A DNA stretch of 64,000 nucleotides from Caecitellus pseudoparvulus. Taxonomy: Eukaryota; Protista; Bigyra: Bicosoecida. Positions 55,466 through 64,000 of the stretch are shown here, one piece after another. The DNA is taken from positions 248,001 through 312,000 of the forward strand of contig CBFFRQ010000096.1 of NCBI GenBank assembly GCA_965644315.1, read 5' to 3'. Position 1 is the first letter of the stretch; each line of letters opens with the position of its first letter. The notes beneath the pieces are model-generated. The model was given only the letters and a program-made list of their open reading frames with translations. It was not told the origin of the DNA and did not search any database. Position numbers and translations under genes: made by a program.

Positions 55466-56928
55466 CTAGTTCCGAGTAGAGGTAAACAGCACGCCAGCCT
55501 CCTGCAGTGCTTGCCGCACCTTGCCAGCCAGGGCTTGCGAGTTGGGAAGCCCGGTGGAGTCCGCCACCACATCAACAAACCGCTCCAATGGCACAGGTGC
55601 AATCATGAGCACATCATGCCACAACTCGGCATCGGCCTTGATGACCGCGCAAATGCCCTCTGTGGTCAGCTGCGTGGTGAACTTCAGGGCAGGGGAGGGC
55701 GCTGCCTGTGGCGCCCACGGCGGGTCAGCCATCACGTCCCTCTGCACGCGCTGCAGCAACGCAATGTTGTCGCTGCGCTTCTTGCGAGGCGCGATGCCCC
55801 ATTGAAGCAGGCGTGCCATGAGCTCCCCAGTCCCCGCACTGTTCAGCTGCGCGTCGCTCCACATGTCAGAGGGCCCGCAGACTGACACGCCATCGCCGTC
55901 GCCGCCGTGGGCCTGCACCGCTTGCTGCGGGGCAGAGGGCAGTTCAGCAGCTGCCCCCCCCTCGCTTTCTGGTGTCTCGAGGCCTTCCAAGAGCCTGTCC
56001 ACGCCGTCTTGGCTTGGAGGGGGGGCTGCCGCCAAGGCGCTGGGCACTGAAGGGGCCGCTGAATCCCGCAGCGCCGAACCAGACCACTCAGCACTGAGGC
56101 TGGGATCAGGGTGGGTTGGAGGGGGAAGGGGGGGTGGGGTGGCAGCAGCGTGCGGCAGCCCGCCGTGACGGTGGAGGCGCGACCGTGGCAAGGCGCTGGC
56201 CTGGGAGGGGGTGGGAGCCAAGCTGCTGGAGCTGGCAGAAGGGGGAAGGAGGGAGGGTTTCGCAGGACTTGGCGTGAGTGATAGGTCAATGAAGCACCCC
56301 TTGCTGGGGGTTCTGTGCACTGGACTTCGTGGAGAGGCAGCGGGGGACGCCGGCACAGGTGTTTGAGCGGGAGCTGCAGCTGGCGGCAACTGCTTTGCGA
56401 GGGAGGGCGCACGGGCGTCCCCCACGCCCCTGAGCCGAAGTTGCACTTCGCCAACTTGAATGACGCTGCCAACACTCCACTTGAGCTTGCGGTTCGCCGA
56501 AATGCGCTTGCCGTCTCGAAAGGAGCCTGTGAAGCAAGGAAGCGGCGCATGCACGCTGCAAGAGGCGAGCAGCGCGCACAGCGAGCCGTCGCACCATTCA
56601 GACTCCCCAGGTCTTTGAACCAGGCAGCAGAGCAGTCAATTATGGTCGGAGGTGTCGCTGCCGTTCCCTCGCCAGCGCTAGAGCTTCGGGCGCGCTTGCT
56701 CTTGCGGAATTTGAGAGACACTTGAGCGTGCCTTGAACTCATTTCCTTGTCGTCCGGAAAGAGAATGCGCGGGTGCGGCAGCTTGCTGGAGCGACCAATG
56801 TGCAGAGTATCCTCCTCATGCAAGCTGACATCGTACCGTCTCCCTGCCGAGTCGCTGTCTGGTCCAACACACGCAAGGGACAGCAACACTGGCCCCGATC
56901 CGAGAGCTTGCGTCGCTGTACCGGCCAT
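55466..56928 (-). CDS. SLX4: SLX4-like scaffold with N-terminal FHA, SAP and C-terminal SLX1-binding domain
   Basis: FHA: IGRSS, SSRHA, DLGSLNG|SF. SAP: ELMARLLQWGIAPRKKRSDNIALLQRV. SBD-like: IKADAELWHDVLMIAPVPLERF...VRQALQEAGVLFT. Confidence 0.65.
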
Positions 56929-57332
56929 GCTCCGCAGGCCTGCCAGTTGCCTGTACCAGTACACGCGGCCTGTACACCATGCAAGCATGCATGCGCGGCG
57001 TCAGCCCTGCTTCCCGTCCCTGTGTCGCCACCCTGCGCGCAGGCTGCAGCTGAGGCAGGCCAGCCACAAGGCCGGCCAGGTCCAGGCTGCACTGCTTGGG
57101 CTGCTGATAACTTGTCAAGGGACTGTCTTCGACCGCGTTTTCAACTTGCTTGAATCACAACTGAGCCGTTGTTTTAGCGCAGGTGTGCAAATGGTGGTGG
57201 TGCGAGAGGAGGCCAAAAATGAAGCTGCGCCGAGCGACAAGTACCGCCTGCGAACACTTCACCATCACATCTGCGACCACCAGGCACTCCCGGAGTGTCT
57301 CCTTGCTGCAATGCTTTCAGCAACGTCGCAAC

Positions 57333-58136
57333 ATGGCGTCTGAGAGCAAGTCGGCGGGTGGGGCTGCTGCCCCAGCTGCCCAGCCAGCAGGCGCCGGCGC
57401 CGGCTTGGACATCACGAGCGGGGAGAAGAACCCCCGAGGTGTCCCAGGCTGCAAGTTCCTTGAAGACATTGGTGCCTTTGTCCGGGAGCACAGCACGACG
57501 ACGGAGGACATCATCGGCGCCCTGCACACGCTGCACAGGTACGGCACTGGCGCACAGCGGCACTGCCGTTGTACGTACCCTGGCCACGCTTCTGCCGGCG
57601 CACCTCCTCAGCAAGTACAAGACAATGGAGTTGCATTTGCTAGAGAACCGCAAGCGCATCCAGATGAAGCTGCCGGACTTGGAGAAGTCCCTGGAGGTCG
57701 TCAAGATGCTGCAGGCCAAGAAGGTGGGCGTCGCCGTTTCACCTCGGCACACACTGAAACGCCACACCCTCTCCCTCGCCGGCGTTGCCCCGCGCAGGAA
57801 GCAGCAGAGACACTGTCCACCCGGTTCAACTTGTCAGACAATGTGTACGCGCAGGCCAAGGTGGAGCCCGACGACAGGGTGTGTGTGTGGCTGGGCGCCG
57901 ACGTGATGCTGGAGTACACGTACACGGAAGCGGAAGAGATGCTGACCAAGCGCGTCGCGGACGCCAAGGCGAAGGATGCGGAGATCGTGGAGGACCTTGC
58001 GTGGGTGCGGGAGAATAAGATTATTGCAGAGGTGAACACCAGCCGCACGTTCAACTACGACGTGCGCCGGCGGCGGGCGGCAGGTGGCTCGGACGGCGAC
58101 GCCGCAGCGCCCAAGACTGTGGCTGTCGATGCGTGA
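57333..58136 (+). CDS. VBP1: Prefoldin subunit 3
   Basis: NPRGVPGCKFLEDI, KYKTME, KLPDLEKSL, RFNLSDNVYAQA, VWLGADVMLEY, EVNTSRTFNYDV; two introns. Confidence 0.92.
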   Translation: MASESKSAGGAAAPAAQPAGAGAGLDITSGEKNPRGVPGCKFLEDIGAFVREHSTTTEDIIGALHTLHRYGTGAQRHCRCTYPGHASAGAPPQQVQDNGVAFAREPQAHPDEAAGLGEVPGGRQDAAGQEGGRRRFTSAHTETPHPLPRRRCPAQEAAETLSTRFNLSDNVYAQAKVEPDDRVCVWLGADVMLEYTYTEAEEMLTKRVADAKAKDAEIVEDLAWVRENKIIAEVNTSRTFNYDVRRRRAAGGSDGDAAAPKTVAVDA

Positions 58137-58156
58137 GACCCAATGCACCCTGAGCG

Positions 58157-61100
58157 TCACTCCTCTGCCGCCTTGCGGCGGGGCAGGGCCCCGCTGTGTT
58201 CCTTGATCAGCAGCTCAATGCCGTGAGCCAGCCATGTCCGCGTGCGTGCATCCGCCACCTGCAGGTCCAGTGTCCGGGAATCCGCCACGATGGACAGCAC
58301 ACGGTCGTCGTCGCGTGGAGAGGCCTTGGACCGCAGCGTCGCGGAGGCGTCGCACCCCCTGCGCACCTCCCGCAGGTCTGACACCTTCAGGCTGCGCTCG
58401 TTATCCCGCAGGGCGCGGGCAGTGAAGGCGGCATCCTTCACCCACACCACGCGCTCACCCGCCTGCTGCTCCCGAATGCCCAGCACGCGGCGCTCCGGCC
58501 CGAACACGCGGCCCAGCCAGCTCTTCTTGGACGTGAACTTCTGCACCTCCAGGCCTTTCTCCATGTGGGCTCTGAAGTGCGCCAGCTCGGCCATCTCACG
58601 CGCCACCGCCTGAGCGTCAGAGTCAGCTGCGGCGTCGCTCGCCGCTGCTGCTGACGGGGCTTCGCGAAGGAATGCATCGTCCCCCTCCGCACCACCGCCG
58701 CCGCCACCGCCACCCTCCTCCTCATCCTCCTCCTCAGAGGCAGAGGCGGAAGGCATGTCCCGCACACTGCGCCCACCCTCGTCCTCCGAGGCACTGGGCA
58801 TGGCGGTGGGGGCGTCCCCACCTCCGCCGGCAGCAGCTGCAGCTGCAGCTGCTGCGGTGGCAGGGACAGGGGCTCTGGGTGGCGGCAGTCCCCGGGGCGT
58901 GGCTGCCTTGCCCTGTGACTTGCGTGCGATTTTCGAGGCCTGGATCAGCGCCACCACCCACTGCGCCAAGGTGCGGAAGACGAGCATGCTGGGGTCGTTC
59001 CAACTGCCTGCCGCCAGGAAACTGGGCATTTGCTGGCCGTTCCACTCGTGCTTGAGCTTCTTCTCCACGTCTGGCGGCAGGGGCCCTTGGGCGCACTGCT
59101 GGATGGCACGGGGGAAGTCGGGCCGCTGCATGATGCGCTGGAACTCGGCCCAGTCGTGCCCTTGTCCCAGCGCGATGCAGACGCTGCCCGCTAGCAGGGC
59201 CTCCATGCGCTGCACAGTCTTGCGATGGAACACATCCGCACGCTGTTCGGGGCTCAGGGCACACACGGCACGGGTGCAGTCCACGAGGCTGGGCACACGC
59301 AGCTGTGACACTCGCAAGTTCGGGGGGGGTGTGCCTGGCCCTGAGCTGGGTGTGCGCAGTGGGGCGTCTGTGGTGGAGCTGAGGGGAGCTGAAGCAGCCA
59401 CTGGATCCGCTCCACCACCTGCATGCGCCGCTGGGGACGCCACCTCCGGCCTGGCAGTGCTGCTGTACCTACGCAGGCTGGGGGAGCCCGGGGACCCCCC
59501 TCCACGTGCAGGCCTCCCTGGCCCTGCTGGCGTGTCTGCCACGGCCCCAGGGTCCCCTGCGCCCCGCTGGGAAGGCGTCGCATGCACCGCACCCCCCGTG
59601 GCTCCCAGCACGGCGCCGGACGGGGCCTCGTCTTCCCCACCCTCCTCCTCCACGCCACCGTAGTGCCGGTGAACGTCGGGGGAGCGGGACTGGCCACTCG
59701 ACCCAGTGGGTGAGCCGGGCGGAGTGGCACTGCGCTGGGGCTGCTTGGGCTGCACCGGGGTGAGGCTGCCCAGCTCCTCCTCAATCAAGTCCTCCTCCAC
59801 CACCTCCTCCGCACCCGGGCATACCTTGGGTGCCAGGCGAGGCGACGTCGCATCGAAGGCTGAGCGAGGGGACACGCCATGGTCGGACCTGCCGCTGTCG
59901 CTACCAGTGGCCGGGCCTGTGCGGCCAGGTTCCCCACCCTGCTTTGCAGGTGCTGCCCAGCTGGGCGTGGGGGAGGGCTGTTGCCAGGCTGGGGGGGCCT
60001 TGCTAGTGCTCAAGGCTTCGTCGGCAGCGCCCCAGGCATTGGCCACCACCCGAGGCGGCGCCTGGTCAGAGCTGGCGGTGGAGTGCGTTGGGTGTGCTGC
60101 TGGGCTGCCTTGGCGCTTGGCCGCCGCACGGCCCCGAGCAGCGTGGGGACTCATGGAGGACCCAGCTGCCACCTCGTACGGCGTCGGCACGGCCTCCACA
60201 GACACCTCGTCCGCCTGGGGCGAGTCGCGGCCTCCCTCGCTGCCCTCCCACCCGCTGTCGCCTGGCGTCCCCGCGTCGTCCTCCCACCCCCCCCTCGGCG
60301 ACGCCTTGCCCAGCGCACGCAAGGGGGGTCGGCCCCACGCTTCACCAGCAGACGCTGTGCGGGCCTGGCCCTTCCTTCGGCCGGCGCTGCCAGTGGAGGC
60401 GGGGGAACGCCGCCCCGGCGACCGCGCCGAGTCAGACAGGGTGTCCTCAAATGCATGAGGCCGCTCACTGCGCGTGGTGGGCAGGGCCCCCAGGAGGGTT
60501 TCCAGGTCTGCGGCGGATGGGGAGGCTGGAGCGTCAGGGCGCCGCCCAGCCTCCGCCCACGCCTGTGCAGCTGAGGGGGGGGGCGCAGCGCGTCCGGCAC
60601 TGTCCCCCGCACTGAACTCTTCCACATCCAGGTCTGTGCCAGCCTCCCGTGAGGAGTAGGCGGTGGGGCCACCCTGGCGCCCTTGTCCACTGCTGTGGCT
60701 GGCTGCCCCCGAGCGCTGGCTGCGGGGTGGCGCGCTGTCCTCGTCACTGGGCGCCTTGCTGTCGCCCCAGTCCAGGCGCATGATGCCGCCGCGAGACCCT
60801 GGGCGGGCCTGGCGTGGGGGGCGGTCCTCCCACCTGGAGCTCGTGCGGCGCCCTGAGTCGGAAATGCTGCAGTCCGAGGCGCTGCCAGGCTGGCCGCCAC
60901 CCACGAAGCCCGCGGCAGAGTGCCGGGAACTGGACCGAGGCAGGCTCCTGCCCCCCGCACTGCTGCCGGGGCGTGGGCTGCCCCGCCCCTTGCGCTTGCT
61001 GCCTGGGGTGCGGGTACGCCCGGCCTTCGCCCCGCTTGGCGCCACTGCCCCCTCCTGCACACTGGCAAACCACTCCTCGTCATCAAAGCCTTCGTCGCTG

Positions 61101-64000
61101 GAGTGGGGGGACAGGGTCACCTTGCCTTCGCCCCCCAGCAGGCCCGTGCGCCGCTTGGAGCCAGAGGTGACGGTGGGGCGAGGGGACATGGAACGCGTGC
61201 GGCCAGACCCTGGCCGGCGCTGTGACGCTGGCCTCGGGCTGCTGCCTTCGTCCCACTCATCCCACTCGCTGGGCTCCAGGTCTTCCTCCACCACCTGCGG
61301 CTTGCGAGTGGAGGCTGCCTCCTGCTTCCGCGCCGAGCGGGGCCGCTCGTCCTCCTCCTCGCTGCCCCCTGAGCTGGCCGCCCAGGCACCTGAGCGTGCC
61401 CTGCCTGGCTCACCCCCGCCCTCCAATGGCCCCACCCCCAGAGCCTCGGGCGTTGGCGGGCCATCCACCACTTCCACCTCCTCCACGCCACTGGCAGACT
61501 CCGTCCCCTGCTGCCCACTGTGACCCCGCCGCAGACGCTCCACGGACTTGGACCGTGTAGCACTCAAGGCCGCCAGCACGCCCTGCCTATCCGTGGAAGA
61601 CGCTGGGCTCAGGGGCGGGGACGGCGCCCGGGAACTGCGCCCAGTCTGCAGCCCAGACACCTCAGGCGCCGGGCACCGAGAGGCAGTCGCCCGTGCCTGC
61701 TTCAGCTGCCGCTCCAGCTCCACCCGCTGGGCACGCACAGCGGCCAGCTCCTGTGCCGTGGAGTCGGCTTCTGCCCGCGCCTCCTGCAGCTGTGCCAGCA
61801 GCCCCGCCTCCCGTGCGCTGCCTTCCTGCGCCATGCTGGCCTGCACCTCGGCCAGACGAGCCTTGGCCGCGGCCGCCTCTTCCCGGGCAGCCTGTGCCTC
61901 CGCCCGAGCCTGCTCCAGCTGGGCAGTCAGCTCCGCCACTTGCGCCTTGGCTCGCGCGGCCTCGGCGCCAGCCACCTCCGCGGCCGCCTCCGCGCTGCTC
62001 AGCTTCAGCTGCAGGGTGGTGGCTGCTTCGCCCCCCGAGGCTCGCGCAGCCGTCGCGGCAGCCTTGTGGCGCTCCACCTCCCCCTCTGCGTCGGCGGTGC
62101 TCTGGCGCGCCTGGGCCAGGGCTGAGGTCAGGGATGTCGTGCGTGCCTCCGCCACCTCCGCCGCTTCCGTCGCCGCGGCAGCCTCCACCCTCGCGCGCCG
62201 CAGGTCTGCCGTGGCGCTCTCCAGACGCCCCTCGGCGTCCTCCGTCGCCGCCTGCGCAGCCTTCAGCCGACTGGCCAGGCGCTGCACCTCATCCGCCGCA
62301 GTCTCTGCTTCCGCCTTCACCTGGCGCAGCTCGGCCCGGGTCGCCGCAGCGCTCTCCTCAGCCGCGGCTCGCGCGGCGGACACCTGGGACAGCTCCGCCT
62401 GCACACTGTGCAGCTCACTCCGCACCGCCTCCAGCTCAGAACGGGGCACGGAAGCGGCTGCAGCCTCGGCAGCCTCCTGCTGCGCCTGGGCCAAGGCCTG
62501 GCGTGATTCGGCCGCCTGCTGCGCGGCAGCCTCAGCCGCCTCCGCCGCTGATCGTGCGCCGGCAGCGGCCACCTCCGCCCTCGCGTGCTGCGTCGCAGCC
62601 TCCTCACGTGCCTCCTCCAGCTCAGCTTCCAGGGCCGCAGCGCGTGCCGCGGCAGCCTCCGCCTCCGCCGCTGCCTCGTCCCTCGCCACCACCAGCTTGC
62701 CGATCTCCCCGCGCAAGGCGGCGGTGCTGGTGGCTGCATCCGCTGCCGCCATGTCCAACTCAGAGCTGGAGGCGCTGCGGGCAGCGTCAGAGGCCGCCAT
62801 GCGACTGCGCAGGGCCTCCACCTCCTCCGCCAGGGCCTGCTCGCGCTGCGTCACTTCCGCCAGCACTGCCAGGACATCCGCCTCATCGCCCACAGTGCCG
62901 TCTGGGAGCGTGATGCGGGCCTTGGGTCCCTCCCCAGTGCCCCCTGCTCTGCCCACCAACGCGTCCGCAGCAGCTTGCACCTCTGCTGCAGCTGGCGCGA
63001 CCTGGGACAGGTCGCCGTCGGCTTCTGCGACCTGCAGGGCTCGCTGCAGCTGCTGCTGTGCCGCACTCATGCGCTGGGAGCTGCCCTGCTCCGTGGAGCC
63101 GTCACTCGGCGCATCCAGGGCGAAGGCAGAGCCCTCCAAGTCGATGGGGCGCTGTGCCGGCTTGCCAGTGGCATCGGGCGAGTGCAGGGTGACGGAGCCG
63201 CCAGTGTGGAGGGGCGTGGAGGCGCCAGTGCTGCTGGCACTGCCGCGCGGCCGGCGGGGGGACACCGCCGCCACCTGCACTGCCAGGCGGCTGTTGTCTG
63301 CTCTGAGGGCGGAGGCAGCCGCCGTCGCCTCTGCTGCCGCCTCCTGTGCCGTCCCCAGCTCCACCTGTGTCTCTGCCAGCTCCCGGCGCACAGCGGCGAG
63401 GAGGCTGGAGAGCTCCCGCTCCCGCTCCGCCGAAGCCAGCATGCGCTCACGGAGGGAGGCGGCCTCCTTGCCTGCCTGCGCTGCGTCAGTGGCGGCCTCT
63501 TGCCGGGCCCGGGCGGCGGCGTCACGCTCAGCCGCCAGCGCATCCCGCTCACGAGCCAGGGAGGCCACTTCGTCCTGCAGGCTGCTGACCTTGTGGTGGG
63601 CGCGGGAGAGGTCGGCGGCGCCTTGTCGCCGCTCCTCGTGCGCAGCTGCCGCGCGCTCCTCTGCAGCGCGCACAGCAGCATCGCTGCGCTGTCGGACGGC
63701 AGCCAGCTCCGCCTGTGCTGCGGCCAGCTTGGCAGCAGCACCCTCGTCGTCCTTGGCCGCCGCCAGCTGGCCACGCAGCTGTGCCAGCTCTGCCTGAGCC
63801 TTGGACAGCTCCTCGCCGGCCTGGTTCTGCGCTGCCAGTGAAGCTTGGGCCTTGGCGGTGTCGAGCTTCGCCAGCCACGCTGCGTCGCTGCGCTGCAGGC
63901 GGCCCTCCAGCTCCATGACACGCGCCTCCCACTTTGACACTGCTGCCTCTGAGGCAGTGGAAGCTGATGCTGCAGCCTGCGTGGCTCGATCCTCAGCCCG
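58157..64000 (-). CDS. Large coiled-coil/low-complexity protein with C-terminal PLC-type PH domain; 5' partial
   Basis: Frame open to the window end; Ala/Glu coiled coil; LKVSDLREVRRG..LSIVADSRTLDLQV..WLAHGIELL PH pattern. Confidence 0.75.
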   Translation of the reverse strand, partial: RAEDRATQAAASASTASEAAVSKWEARVMELEGRLQRSDAAWLAKLDTAKAQASLAAQNQAGEELSKAQAELAQLRGQLAAAKDDEGAAAKLAAAQAELAAVRQRSDAAVRAAEERAAAAHEERRQGAADLSRAHHKVSSLQDEVASLARERDALAAERDAAARARQEAATDAAQAGKEAASLRERMLASAERERELSSLLAAVRRELAETQVELGTAQEAAAEATAAASALRADNSRLAVQVAAVSPRRPRGSASSTGASTPLHTGGSVTLHSPDATGKPAQRPIDLEGSAFALDAPSDGSTEQGSSQRMSAAQQQLQRALQVAEADGDLSQVAPAAAEVQAAADALVGRAGGTGEGPKARITLPDGTVGDEADVLAVLAEVTQREQALAEEVEALRSRMAASDAARSASSSELDMAAADAATSTAALRGEIGKLVVARDEAAAEAEAAAARAAALEAELEEAREEAATQHARAEVAAAGARSAAEAAEAAAQQAAESRQALAQAQQEAAEAAAASVPRSELEAVRSELHSVQAELSQVSAARAAAEESAAATRAELRQVKAEAETAADEVQRLASRLKAAQAATEDAEGRLESATADLRRARVEAAAATEAAEVAEARTTSLTSALAQARQSTADAEGEVERHKAAATAARASGGEAATTLQLKLSSAEAAAEVAGAEAARAKAQVAELTAQLEQARAEAQAAREEAAAAKARLAEVQASMAQEGSAREAGLLAQLQEARAEADSTAQELAAVRAQRVELERQLKQARATASRCPAPEVSGLQTGRSSRAPSPPLSPASSTDRQGVLAALSATRSKSVERLRRGHSGQQGTESASGVEEVEVVDGPPTPEALGVGPLEGGGEPGRARSGAWAASSGGSEEEDERPRSARKQEAASTRKPQVVEEDLEPSEWDEWDEGSSPRPASQRRPGSGRTRSMSPRPTVTSGSKRRTGLLGGEGKVTLSPHSSDEGFDDEEWFASVQEGAVAPSGAKAGRTRTPGSKRKGRGSPRPGSSAGGRSLPRSSSRHSAAGFVGGGQPGSASDCSISDSGRRTSSRWEDRPPRQARPGSRGGIMRLDWGDSKAPSDEDSAPPRSQRSGAASHSSGQGRQGGPTAYSSREAGTDLDVEEFSAGDSAGRAAPPPSAAQAWAEAGRRPDAPASPSAADLETLLGALPTTRSERPHAFEDTLSDSARSPGRRSPASTGSAGRRKGQARTASAGEAWGRPPLRALGKASPRGGWEDDAGTPGDSGWEGSEGGRDSPQADEVSVEAVPTPYEVAAGSSMSPHAARGRAAAKRQGSPAAHPTHSTASSDQAPPRVVANAWGAADEALSTSKAPPAWQQPSPTPSWAAPAKQGGEPGRTGPATGSDSGRSDHGVSPRSAFDATSPRLAPKVCPGAEEVVEEDLIEEELGSLTPVQPKQPQRSATPPGSPTGSSGQSRSPDVHRHYGGVEEEGGEDEAPSGAVLGATGGAVHATPSQRGAGDPGAVADTPAGPGRPARGGGSPGSPSLRRYSSTARPEVASPAAHAGGGADPVAASAPLSSTTDAPLRTPSSGPGTPPPNLRVSQLRVPSLVDCTRAVCALSPEQRADVFHRKTVQRMEALLAGSVCIALGQGHDWAEFQRIMQRPDFPRAIQQCAQGPLPPDVEKKLKHEWNGQQMPSFLAAGSWNDPSMLVFRTLAQWVVALIQASKIARKSQGKAATPRGLPPPRAPVPATAAAAAAAAAGGGGDAPTAMPSASEDEGGRSVRDMPSASASEEEDEEEGGGGGGGGAEGDDAFLREAPSAAAASDAAADSDAQAVAREMAELAHFRAHMEKGLEVQKFTSKKSWLGRVFGPERRVLGIREQQAGERVVWVKDAAFTARALRDNERSLKVSDLREVRRGCDASATLRSKASPRDDDRVLSIVADSRTLDLQVADARTRTWLAHGIELLIKEHSGALPRRKAAEE

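Noticed and set aside
61548-63797. 749-aa + strand ORF (also 13207-14883 and 33782-35320)
   Set aside because: Antisense shadows of GC-rich real genes with no domain signal. Only the start of the 33782 ORF is real, as exon 1 of the histone-fold gene.

Overview
A GC-rich, very gene-dense eukaryotic nuclear window with short (mostly about 60-110 nt) GT-AG introns. IFT22 indicates a flagellated organism. The overall style suggests a heterotrophic protist such as a bicosoecid-like stramenopile, but that is inference only. About 26 protein genes can be supported: IDCase-like decarboxylase, giant two-pore-channel fusion, coiled-coil repeat protein, BRCT-PNKP, CID protein, DnaJ, PCID2, UBE2C, GPATCH1-like, DDX47, IFT22, histone-fold protein, Cdh1/FZR, LRR protein, GT17-like, METTL21-type methyltransferase, KH protein, WW protein, FAD synthase, CLC-6/7, chondroitin-synthase-like, FHA-SLX4, prefoldin 3, a PH-domain coiled-coil protein and two hypothetical proteins. 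Two things stand out. (1) An intronless 4541-aa protein in which two TM-flanked, glycosylated, Cache-like luminal modules are fused in front of a two-pore channel with Glu in both selectivity filters and Arg-poor S4 segments: a candidate ligand-gated Ca2+ channel. (2) The apparently empty 18.3-20.3 kb gap, which holds at least 6-7 box C/D snoRNAs (U15, U24, snR52-like, U79, U53/snoR37, U36, U31) inside the predicted introns of a non-coding host transcript with tiny exons. Further unusual architectures are FHA-SAP-SBD SLX4, BRCT-PNKP and a dynein-MTBD-like segment in a non-motor protein. All family assignments come from motif recognition by eye; no searches were run.
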